Assembly: GCA_016793165.1 (NCBI GenBank)
Contig: JAEULA010000096.1
Location: forward strand, 76,699-140,698
DNA from: Alphaproteobacteria bacterium
Lineage (GTDB): Bacteria > Pseudomonadota > Alphaproteobacteria > CACIAM-22H2
Length of the DNA stretch: 64,000 bases
Direction: 5' to 3'
A program made the position numbers and the translations under genes. Positions 54,574 to 62,169 of the stretch are shown here, one piece after another (positions within the stretch are counted from its first letter, which is position 1; every line of letters starts with the position of its first letter). The notes beneath the pieces were generated by a model. The model saw only the letters and a list, made by a program, of their open reading frames with translations. It did no database searches and was not told the DNA's origin.

Positions 54574-55719
54574 CTATCGCCTCGGCCGGGAAGGCGCCGC
54601 GGGCGCGGCGAGGATCTCGCGGTAGACCGCCTCGAGCCCCGCGCCGTGCGCGGCCCAGGTGAAGCACTTCGCGCGCTCGCGATTCTCCTCGGCGGCGCGG
54701 GCGCAGGCGTCGCGATCCTCCCACAGGCGCCGGATCGCATCGGTCACCGCCTGCGCGTCGCCGGCCTGCACGCGCGCGCCGGCGAACGGAAGTCCCACGC
54801 TGGAGACCACGGCACAGCCCGACGCCATCGCCTCGGCGACCGCGAGGCCGAACGTCTCGGCATGCGACGGCAGGACGAACAGGCGCGCGCGCGCGAACTC
54901 GGTGAAGGCCGCCGGCCCGCGCTCGTAGGGGACGAAGGTCGCGTTCGCGGGTGCGCGGGCCGCCCACTCCCCGAACGCCTCGCCCCAGCCGACGATCCGG
55001 AAGGGGATGTGGGGCAGCGCCGCGGCGGCGGCCAGCACCTCGCCGATGCCCTTGCGAACGTCCACCTTGCCGATGAACAGCACCGTGTCGGACTTCGCCG
55101 CGCCGGGCGCGAAGCAGCGCTCGTCGATGCCGGGCGGCACGACACGACAGCGCGCCGGATCGGCGCCGAAGGCGACGCCGACGTCCCGCGAACCGTCGGA
55201 GAGAAACAGGATGCGATCCGCCAGGCCGCGCATGAGCACATGCTCGCCGGCGATCCGCAGCCGGCCGGCGATGGCGCCGCGCATGTCGAGCCACGCCTGT
55301 CCGAACAGGCCGAGGACGCCGAGCACGCAGGGCTTGCCTGCGAGCCGCGCGCCGAGCATCCCGGCCCAGGCCGCGTTGTAGGTGAAGGTATGCACCAGAT
55401 CTGCGTCGCGGGCGGCGCGCGCGACCGACGCGACCGCCAGGTTCATCATGTGGCGCGGCCGACGCAGGCGCCGGGTCGCGATCCCTTCGTAGGCCCGCAT
55501 CGCCGGGTCTCCGGCGCAGAGCACGCGGACCGACATGCCGCGAGCCTGCAGGATGCGGGCCGCCTCCAGCACCACGTACTCGCCGCCGCCCCGGAAATCC
55601 GGCGCGAACATCTCGTGGACGAGCAGGATCCGCAGGCTCGGCCCGGCCGCCACGAGCGGATCCCGGTCGCCGGCGCGATCGACGGGCGGGCGCTCGAGGA
55701 CGTCCCGTGAGACGAGCAT
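54574..55719 (-). CDS. GT4 family glycosyltransferase.
   Basis: 381 aa from MLVSRDVL, with LRILLVHEMFAPDFRGGGE and ETFGLAVAEAMASGCAVV. Confidence 0.8.
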   Translation of the reverse strand: MLVSRDVLERPPVDRAGDRDPLVAAGPSLRILLVHEMFAPDFRGGGEYVVLEAARILQARGMSVRVLCAGDPAMRAYEGIATRRLRRPRHMMNLAVASVARAARDADLVHTFTYNAAWAGMLGARLAGKPCVLGVLGLFGQAWLDMRGAIAGRLRIAGEHVLMRGLADRILFLSDGSRDVGVAFGADPARCRVVPPGIDERCFAPGAAKSDTVLFIGKVDVRKGIGEVLAAAAALPHIPFRIVGWGEAFGEWAARAPANATFVPYERGPAAFTEFARARLFVLPSHAETFGLAVAEAMASGCAVVSSVGLPFAGARVQAGDAQAVTDAIRRLWEDRDACARAAEENRERAKCFTWAAHGAGLEAVYREILAAPAAPSRPRR

Positions 55720-55727
55720 GTCGACCG

Positions 55728-56759
55728 TCACGCCGCCGGCTTCGCCTGGCGGAGATGGTCGCGATACCAGTCGATCGTCTCCCGAAGCCCGTCGCGGAGG
55801 CTCCACTGCGGCTGCCAGCCGAGCAGGCGCCGGGCCTTCGCCGCAGTCAGGTACTGGGCCGGGATCTCGGACTTCGCCTCGTTCAGGATCACCGGCGGCA
55901 GCGTCTCGAGGACGCCCATGAGGTCCAGGATCGTGCGCGTGATGTCGAGCACCGAGAGCGGCCGGTCCGAGCTCAGGTTGAACGCCTCGCCGTCGATCCC
56001 CGGACCCATGCGCTCCGCCAGCAGCAGATAGGCCCGTACGACGTCGCGGATGTAGATGTAGTCGCGGACCATCGTGCCGTCGCTGCGCAGCACCGGGCGC
56101 TCGCCCTGGAGCACGGAGCGGATCACGCTCGGCACGATGCGGTTCCAGTTCAGATCGCGGCCGCCGTAGAAGTTGCCGCAGCGCGTGATGCACACCGGCA
56201 GGCCGTAGGTCTCGAAATAGGTGCGCGCGATGAGGTCGGTGCAGCTCTTCGACACGTCGTAGGGATGGGACCCCTTGAGCGGCATCGTCTCGTCGTAGGG
56301 CAGCCGGTCGGCGATGCCGTAGGCCTTGTCCGAGGACGCGACGACCACGCGCTTGACCGTCTTCACCTGCCGACACGCCTCGAGCAGGTTCCAGGTCCCG
56401 CGGATGTTGGTCTCGAAGGTCGCCAGCGGATGGCGGTTGGCGATGCCGACGATCGGCTGCGCGCCGAGATGGAAGACGGTGTCGATCTCGTACTCGTTGA
56501 TCGCCCGCAGCATGACCTCGTGGTCCTCGAGGCGCCCGGCGACCTGGTGCACGGGCTGGGTCGGAAGGCCCTGCGCGGCGATCATCGTCTTGTGGACGTC
56601 GCGCACCAGGCCGACGACGACCGCGCCGCGCCGGTTCAGCTCCTCGATCAGCCAGCCGCCGAGGCAGCCGGTCGCGCCGGTCACGAACACGGCGCGGCCG
56701 CGCCAGAAGTCGCCGGCACCCCCGGCCGAGGGCCCCGTCTCGATCTCCGTCATCGACAT
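55728..56759 (-). CDS. rfbG: CDP-glucose 4,6-dehydratase-like NAD-dependent dehydratase.
   Basis: 343 aa. FWRGRAVFVTGATGCLGGWL, SSDKAYG, YDVSKS (YxxxK). The call is supported by its position next to the cytidylyltransferase. Confidence 0.65.
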   Translation of the reverse strand: MSMTEIETGPSAGGAGDFWRGRAVFVTGATGCLGGWLIEELNRRGAVVVGLVRDVHKTMIAAQGLPTQPVHQVAGRLEDHEVMLRAINEYEIDTVFHLGAQPIVGIANRHPLATFETNIRGTWNLLEACRQVKTVKRVVVASSDKAYGIADRLPYDETMPLKGSHPYDVSKSCTDLIARTYFETYGLPVCITRCGNFYGGRDLNWNRIVPSVIRSVLQGERPVLRSDGTMVRDYIYIRDVVRAYLLLAERMGPGIDGEAFNLSSDRPLSVLDITRTILDLMGVLETLPPVILNEAKSEIPAQYLTAAKARRLLGWQPQWSLRDGLRETIDWYRDHLRQAKPAA

Positions 56760-56772
56760 CTGGAGGGCGGCG

Positions 56773-57501
56773 TCAGGCAGCCGCGCGCAGCGGGCGCATC
56801 CAGGGCGGGCTTCCCTGCTCCATCAGCCGGTCGATCTCCTGCTGATCCTTGTACGTGTCCATCGACTTGAAGAAGCCCTTGTGGCGCAGCGCGTAGAGCA
56901 TGCCCTTCGACTGCAGCACCGGGAACACCTCGCGCTCGAGATTGCCGCCCTGCCAGTCGCCGAAGATCGCCTTGTTCATCACGAAGAAGCCGGCATTGAT
57001 CCACATGTTGTCGAGCGTCGGCTTCTCGCGGAACGCCGTGATCCGACCGTCGGAGTCGCAGTCGACGGTGCCGTACTGCGAGATCAGCGGCACCGTGGTG
57101 ATCGTCGCATGGCCGCGATGGCCTTCATGGAAGGCGAGGAGCGCGCCGAGGTCGACGTCGCAGAGGCCGTCGGAATAGGTCGCGAAGAAGCGATCGCCGA
57201 GGCGGTCGCGGCAGTTGAAGATGCGGTCGCCGGTGTCGGAATCCACGCCGGTATCGACGAGATCGACCTCCCACTCGAAGCGCCGCCCCTCGAAGTAGTC
57301 CATGATGATCTCCTTGCGGTAGCCGAGCGACACGACGAACTTCGTGAAGCCCTGGCGCGCGAAGATCTCCATCACGCGGACGAGGATCGGGCGACCGCCC
57401 ACCGGCATCATCGGCTTGGGCAGGTATTCGGTATAGGGATACGCCCGCGTGCCCCGCCCCCCGGCGAGAATCACCACCTTGATGTCTGACTGCTTGCTCA
57501 T
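56773..57501 (-). CDS. rfbF: Glucose-1-phosphate cytidylyltransferase.
   Basis: 242 aa from MSKQSDIKVVILAGGRGTRAYPYTEYLPKPMMPVGGRPIL, with LVDTGVDSDTGDRI and GFFKSMDTYKD. Confidence 0.75.
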   Translation of the reverse strand: MSKQSDIKVVILAGGRGTRAYPYTEYLPKPMMPVGGRPILVRVMEIFARQGFTKFVVSLGYRKEIIMDYFEGRRFEWEVDLVDTGVDSDTGDRIFNCRDRLGDRFFATYSDGLCDVDLGALLAFHEGHRGHATITTVPLISQYGTVDCDSDGRITAFREKPTLDNMWINAGFFVMNKAIFGDWQGGNLEREVFPVLQSKGMLYALRHKGFFKSMDTYKDQQEIDRLMEQGSPPWMRPLRAAA

Positions 57502-57853
57502 CTGATCGAACTCCTCGGCTGGCGGTTGCCCGGCGGGCGCACGCAACGTAGAGGCCGTCGCTTGCGAGCATCAACGTCACGTGCGGGTTACGGATCCGGC
57601 ACTTCGGTGGTAACCGGCGACATCGGACGTCGTTAACGTCAACGGCCTTCGCGCCCCTGCGCCGGGGCGATGTCGCGGACACGCCGATTTCTGCACAATC
57701 GTGGCGCGCCGCCAACGGTCTTCCCGCAGAGCGGCGCCCCTCCCGCACCGGCGCGGTGCCCGTCGAACGGGCAAGCACCGCCGGACCGGCCGCGCTATAC
57801 ACTGCCCCGGCGAGATTCGGCGCGCGTCGCGCCCCTTCGGCGAGTCCCCCTGC

Positions 57854-59107
57854 ATGAGCGATCACCTCGACGAGCTTGAGACCCGCGATCCCGAGCAGCG
57901 GGAGCGCCAGCAATTCGCGGCGCTGGCCGAGCAGATCGCGAACGCGAAGGTAAACGCCCCGGGCTTCGCCGCGGCGCTCGCGGGCGTCGATCCCGACGCG
58001 CTCGCGGACCGTGCAGCGCTCGCGCGTCTGCCCGTGCTGCGCAAGTCGGATCTCATGGCTCGCCAGGCCGAGGGGCCGGATTCGCACCGCCCGTTCGGCG
58101 GGCTCACCGCGGTGAAGACCGGGCGGCTGGCACGCATCTTCGTCTCGCCCGGCCCGATCTACGACCCGGAGGGGCGCGGCGAGGACTGGTGGCGCATGGC
58201 GCGCGCGCTCTATGCGGCCGGGTTCCGGCGCGGCGACATCATCCACAACTGCTTCAGCTACCACTTCACGCCGGCCGGCATGATGCTCGAATCCGGCGCG
58301 CACGAGATCGGCTGCGCCGTGATTCCCGCCGGCGTCGGCAACACCGAGCAGCAGGTCCGCACCATCGCCGACATCCGGCCGACCGGCTATGTCGGCACGC
58401 CGTCCTTCCTGCGGATCATCCTCGAGAAGGGCAAGGAGCTCGGCGGCGACCTCACCTCGATGAAGCGCGCACTCGTCTCCGGCGAGGCGCTGCCGCCCAG
58501 CCTGCGCGCCGAGCTCAAGGGCCACGGCATCGACGTGCGGCAATGCTACGCGACGGCCGATCTCGGCCTGATCGCCTACGAGTCGATTCCCGACGCCGGT
58601 CTGATCCTCGACGAATGGGTGATCGTCGAGATCGTCCGGCCCGGCACCGGCGATCCGGTCGCCGACGGCGAGGTCGGCGAGGTCGTCGTGACGACGCTCA
58701 ATCCCGACTATCCACTGATCCGCTTCGCGACGGGCGACCTGTCGATGCTGCTGCCAGGCGTCAGCGCCTGCGGCCGCACCGCCCCGCGCCTGAAGGGCTG
58801 GATGGGACGCGCCGACCAGACGACGAAGGTGCGCGGCATGTTCGTGCATCCGAGCCAGGTCGCGGAGATCTGCCGGCGACATCCGGCCATCGCCAAGTGC
58901 CGCGTCGTCGTCGATCGCGACGGTGCCAACGACACCATGACGTTCCGCGTGGAGGTCGCCGCGGCCGACCGCGGCGCCGCGCTCGAGGCCGCGATCGGCG
59001 CGGCGATCCAATCGGTCGCGAAGCTGCGCGGCGACGTCGTCTTCGTCGACACCGGCTCGCTGCCGAACGACGGCAAGGTGATCGAGGACGTGCGCAAGCA
59101 CGACTGA
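57854..59107 (+). CDS. Phenylacetate-CoA ligase (PaaK) family adenylate-forming enzyme.
   Basis: 417 aa from MSDHLDELETRDPEQRE, with GTPSFLRIILEKG, SGEALP, YATADLG and TKVRGMFVHPSQV. Confidence 0.75.
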   Translation: MSDHLDELETRDPEQRERQQFAALAEQIANAKVNAPGFAAALAGVDPDALADRAALARLPVLRKSDLMARQAEGPDSHRPFGGLTAVKTGRLARIFVSPGPIYDPEGRGEDWWRMARALYAAGFRRGDIIHNCFSYHFTPAGMMLESGAHEIGCAVIPAGVGNTEQQVRTIADIRPTGYVGTPSFLRIILEKGKELGGDLTSMKRALVSGEALPPSLRAELKGHGIDVRQCYATADLGLIAYESIPDAGLILDEWVIVEIVRPGTGDPVADGEVGEVVVTTLNPDYPLIRFATGDLSMLLPGVSACGRTAPRLKGWMGRADQTTKVRGMFVHPSQVAEICRRHPAIAKCRVVVDRDGANDTMTFRVEVAAADRGAALEAAIGAAIQSVAKLRGDVVFVDTGSLPNDGKVIEDVRKHD

Positions 59108-59279
59108 AGCGACATCGCGCATCTCCGCATTTCCGCCACGATCCGCCCGCAATGACGACGAATTCGAATCGCAGTTTCACGATCAGGGAACGGGCGACAT
59201 CGCGCCTCCCGTCGTCCTGTCATCTCTCCCCCGTCGAGGCCCCCCGGACTCCATCCTCGACGGTAACTCGCGCGATGGC

Positions 59280-59305
59280 GGGCCGGCCGCGCAAGCGGCT
59301 GGCCC
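59280..59305 (+). terminator. Candidate terminator hairpin: 11-bp stem with a GCAA tetraloop.
   Basis: GGGCCGGCCGC-GCAA-GCGGCTGGCCC (one G-U pair), followed by GCTCTTTCCTT. It lies ~170 nt after the paaK-like stop. Confidence 0.35.
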
Positions 59306-59320
59306 GCTCTTTCCTTGCCC

Positions 59321-59380
59321 CCGCCGTCCTTCTCCCCGCCGGCCTTCTCCCCGCCGGCCTTCTCCCCACCGTCCTTCCCC
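59321..59380. repeat. 15-bp tandem repeat x4 in the intergenic region upstream of ccmA.
   Basis: ccgccgtccttctcc / ccgccggccttctcc / ccgccggccttctcc / ccaccgtccttcccc. Confidence 0.85.
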
Positions 59381-59441
59381 ACGTCGCCTCCTCGCTCGCC
59401 CGTCTTCCGTGCGCCGCGCCACGCGCGGGTTCGCCCGGCCG

Positions 59442-60068
59442 ATGAGCGCCCGGCTCGAGGCCCGATCGCTGACCTGCACCCGCGGCGGCCGGGTCGTCTT
59501 CCACGACGTGGCGCTGTCGCTGAACGCAGGCGAGGCCCTGTCGCTGCGCGGACCCAACGGCAGCGGCAAGTCGTCGCTGCTGCGCATGCTCGCCGGCCTG
59601 CTCGCGCCCAGCGCCGGCACGATCCGGTGGAACGGCCACGACATCGCCGAGGATCGCGAAAGCCATCGCGGCCGCGTGGGCTATCTCGGCATGCTCGACG
59701 CCCTCAAGCCCACGCTCAGCGTCTCGGAGAACGTCGCCTTCCATGCCGCCTTGCACGGGGGCGTCCCGGCGCGCGCCGAGCAGGCCGTGGCCGCCGTCGG
59801 CCTCGCGGCGCAGGCCGGGACGCCGGCCCGCCGGCTCAGCCAGGGCCAGCGCCGCCGCGCGGCGATCGCCCGCCTGCTCGTCCAGGACTCGCCGCTCTGG
59901 CTGCTCGACGAGCCGACCCTCGCGCTCGACCAGGACGGACTCGCGCGGCTCGGCCAGGCGATGCAGGCGCATCTGGCCGGCGGCGGTATCGCGATCATCG
60001 CGACCCATGTCGAGCTGCCGGCCGTGACGGCGGCAACGCTCACCCTCGGCGCCGGAGCCGCGCCGTGA
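59442..60068 (+). CDS. ccmA: Heme exporter ATP-binding protein CcmA.
   Basis: 208 aa. GPNGSGKSS, LSQGQRRR, LWLLDEP. First gene of the ccm cluster. An alternative GTG start lies at 59409. Confidence 0.85.
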   Translation: MSARLEARSLTCTRGGRVVFHDVALSLNAGEALSLRGPNGSGKSSLLRMLAGLLAPSAGTIRWNGHDIAEDRESHRGRVGYLGMLDALKPTLSVSENVAFHAALHGGVPARAEQAVAAVGLAAQAGTPARRLSQGQRRRAAIARLLVQDSPLWLLDEPTLALDQDGLARLGQAMQAHLAGGGIAIIATHVELPAVTAATLTLGAGAAP

Positions 60069-60073
60069 ACGCG

Positions 60074-60730
60074 ATGCGCGCCCTGATCGGCCGCGACCTC
60101 CGTCTCGCGCTGCGCAGCCCGCAGGAGAGCCTGACGGTGCTCGCTTTTTTCGTGATGGCCGCCGTCCTCTTCCCCTTCGGCATCGGCCCCGAGCCGCAGC
60201 TGCTCGCGCGCGTCGCCAGCGGCGTGCTCTGGGTGATGGCCCTGCTCGCGGCGCTGCTTTCCTTCGAGCGGCTGTTCCAGCTCGACCACGAGGACGGCAC
60301 GCTCGACCTGATCGTGCTCGCACCCGCGCCGCTCGAGCTGCTGGTGCTGTCGAAATGCCTCGCCCACTGGCTGACGACCGGGCTGCCCCTGATCGTCATC
60401 GCGCCGGTCGCCGCAATGATGCTGAACCTGCCGCCCGAGGGCCTACCGGTGCTTATGCTGAGCCTGCTGCTCGGCACGCCGACGCTCAGCCTGCTCGGGG
60501 CGATCGGCGCCGCCCTGGTCCTCGGCGCCCGGCGCGGCGGCGTGCTGCTGCCCCTGCTCGTCATGCCGCTCTACATCCCGATCCTCATTTTCGGGGTCTC
60601 GGCTGTGGAGGCGAGCATCGCCGACCTCTCCGCACGGCCGCACCTGCTGCTCCTCGCCGCCTTCCTGGCCGGCGCCGTCCCGCTCTCGGCGGTCGCCGCC
60701 GCCGCGGGCCTGCGCCAGGCCGTGGAATGA
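60074..60730 (+). CDS. ccmB: Heme exporter permease CcmB.
   Basis: 218 aa and 6 TM segments. FERLFQLDHEDGTLDL is typical of CcmB. An alternative GTG at 60065 forms a GTGA overlap with ccmA. Confidence 0.85.
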   Translation: MRALIGRDLRLALRSPQESLTVLAFFVMAAVLFPFGIGPEPQLLARVASGVLWVMALLAALLSFERLFQLDHEDGTLDLIVLAPAPLELLVLSKCLAHWLTTGLPLIVIAPVAAMMLNLPPEGLPVLMLSLLLGTPTLSLLGAIGAALVLGARRGGVLLPLLVMPLYIPILIFGVSAVEASIADLSARPHLLLLAAFLAGAVPLSAVAAAAGLRQAVE

Positions 60731-60805
60731 CGGGCACGTGCTGCGGTTTGTCGCTGCGACGCGACTTGGACACGCCGGGGCCGGCGGGCTAAATCAACCC
60801 GATCC

Positions 60806-61549
60806 ATGCAGCGCTTCGCCAATCCCCGACGATTCAAACGGCTTTCGGCCGCCCTCCTGCCGTGGACCGGCCTCGCCACGCTGGGCCTGTTCGCGGTCGG
60901 CGCGTGGCTCGCGCTGCTCGGCTCGCCGAAGGATTACCAGCAGAGCGACACCGTCCGGATCATGTACGTGCATGTCCCGGCCGCGTGGATGGCCATGTTC
61001 GTGTACGCCAACCTGGCGCTCGCCTCGGCCGTCGCACTGGTCTGGCGTCACCCGCTCGCCGAGGTTGCCGGCAAGGCGATGGCGCCGATCGGCGCGTGCT
61101 TCACCGCGATCTGCCTGGTCACCGGCTCGCTCTGGGGCAAGCCGATGTGGGGCGCCTGGTGGGTCTGGGATGCGCGCCTGACCTCGGTGCTCCTGCTCTT
61201 CTTCCTGTATCTGGGCTACATGGCGCTCGCGAACGCCTTCGACGACGAGGCTCGCGGCGCGCGCGCGGCGGCGATCCTCGCCATCGTCGGCGTGATCAAC
61301 CTGCCGATCATCAAGTTCTCCGTCGACTGGTGGAACACGCTGCACCAGCCGGCCTCGGTCGGCCGCATGGGCGGCCCATCGATCCATCCGTCGATGCTCA
61401 CGCCGCTGATGGTTATGGCCGTCGCCTACGGGATGTTCTTCGTGACGGTGCTGCTGTGGCGCATGGAGGCGGCCCTGATCGAGCGCCGCCTCGCCGCGCG
61501 GCGCCTGCTCGCCGAGATGAGCCCCGGCGCGGGGGCGCAGCGCGCATGA
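60806..61549 (+). CDS. ccmC: Heme exporter protein CcmC.
   Basis: 247 aa. WWD-type motif GSLWGKPMWGAWWVWDARLTS. Confidence 0.9.
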   Translation: MQRFANPRRFKRLSAALLPWTGLATLGLFAVGAWLALLGSPKDYQQSDTVRIMYVHVPAAWMAMFVYANLALASAVALVWRHPLAEVAGKAMAPIGACFTAICLVTGSLWGKPMWGAWWVWDARLTSVLLLFFLYLGYMALANAFDDEARGARAAAILAIVGVINLPIIKFSVDWWNTLHQPASVGRMGGPSIHPSMLTPLMVMAVAYGMFFVTVLLWRMEAALIERRLAARRLLAEMSPGAGAQRA

Positions 61550-61701
61550 GCGAGTTCTTCGCCATGGGCGGCTACGCCTTCTTCGTCTGGTCGTCCTACG
61601 CGGTCGTCGTCGCCGGGCTCGGCACGCTCGCCGGCGCCAGCTGGCTCGCGCGCCGGCGGGCACTGGCCGCACTCGACGCCCAGGACGGCGATTCGCCGTG
61701 A
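61546..61701 (+). CDS. ccmD: Heme exporter protein CcmD.
   Basis: 51 aa single-TM protein (MSEFFAMGGYAFFVWSSYAVVVAGLG). ATGA overlap with ccmC. Visible only as the tail of track ORF 60862..61701. Confidence 0.75.
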   Translation: MSEFFAMGGYAFFVWSSYAVVVAGLGTLAGASWLARRRALAALDAQDGDSP

Positions 61702-62150
61702 GCCGCAAGCGCCGCCGTCTCTACGTCCTGCTCCTGTGCCTCATCGGCCTGGGCACCGCGACGGCACTGACGCTGGTCGCGTTCCAGGACCATCTCGTCT
61801 TCTTCTACACGCCGACCGACATCGCGACGAAGCCGGTGCCGCGCGACCGCAACCTGCGCATCGGCGGGCTGGTCGAGGTCGGCTCGGTCGAGCGCGCCGG
61901 CGACCGCCCCGAGATCCGGTTCCGCGTCACCGACCTGGAGAAGGCGGTTCCGGTGGTCTTCTCGGGCGTCGTTCCCGACCTCTTCCGCGAGGGACAGGGC
62001 GTCGTCGCGAACGGGCGGCTCGGCGCGGACGGCATCTTCCGCGCCAACGAGCTGCTGGCGCGCCACGACGAGAACTACATGCCGACCGAGGTCGCCGAGG
62101 CGCTCAAGCGCTCCGGCCGCTGGCAGGAAGCCGTCGGCAAGGGCAAGTAG
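61698..62150 (+). CDS. ccmE: Cytochrome c-type biogenesis heme chaperone CcmE.
   Basis: 150 aa. N-terminal anchor, the LRIGGLV OB-fold region, and the heme-binding LARHDENYMP. GTGA overlap with ccmD. Confidence 0.9.
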   Translation: MSRKRRRLYVLLLCLIGLGTATALTLVAFQDHLVFFYTPTDIATKPVPRDRNLRIGGLVEVGSVERAGDRPEIRFRVTDLEKAVPVVFSGVVPDLFREGQGVVANGRLGADGIFRANELLARHDENYMPTEVAEALKRSGRWQEAVGKGK

Positions 62151-62169
62151 GCGAGAGGCGCAAGCCCGG

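Noticed and set aside
32829-57853. The EPS cluster as a classical mobile genomic island.
   Set aside because: There is no integrase, transposase, tRNA gene, phage gene or flanking direct repeat in the window. I keep only the weaker claim that it was inserted between the livF-like and paaK-like genes.
59321-59380. Possible CRISPR array.
   Set aside because: The units are 15 bp and directly abutting, with no spacers. No cas genes are present.
58708-59382. Minus-strand ORF starting MGKDGGEKAGGEKAGGEKDGGGK, and plus-strand ORF 59315.. starting MPPPSFSPPAFSPPAFSPP.
   Set aside because: Both repeat peptides are by-products of the 15-bp tandem repeat. The minus ORF would have to run ~400 nt antisense through the paaK-like gene. 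The plus ORF only becomes protein-like at CcmB.
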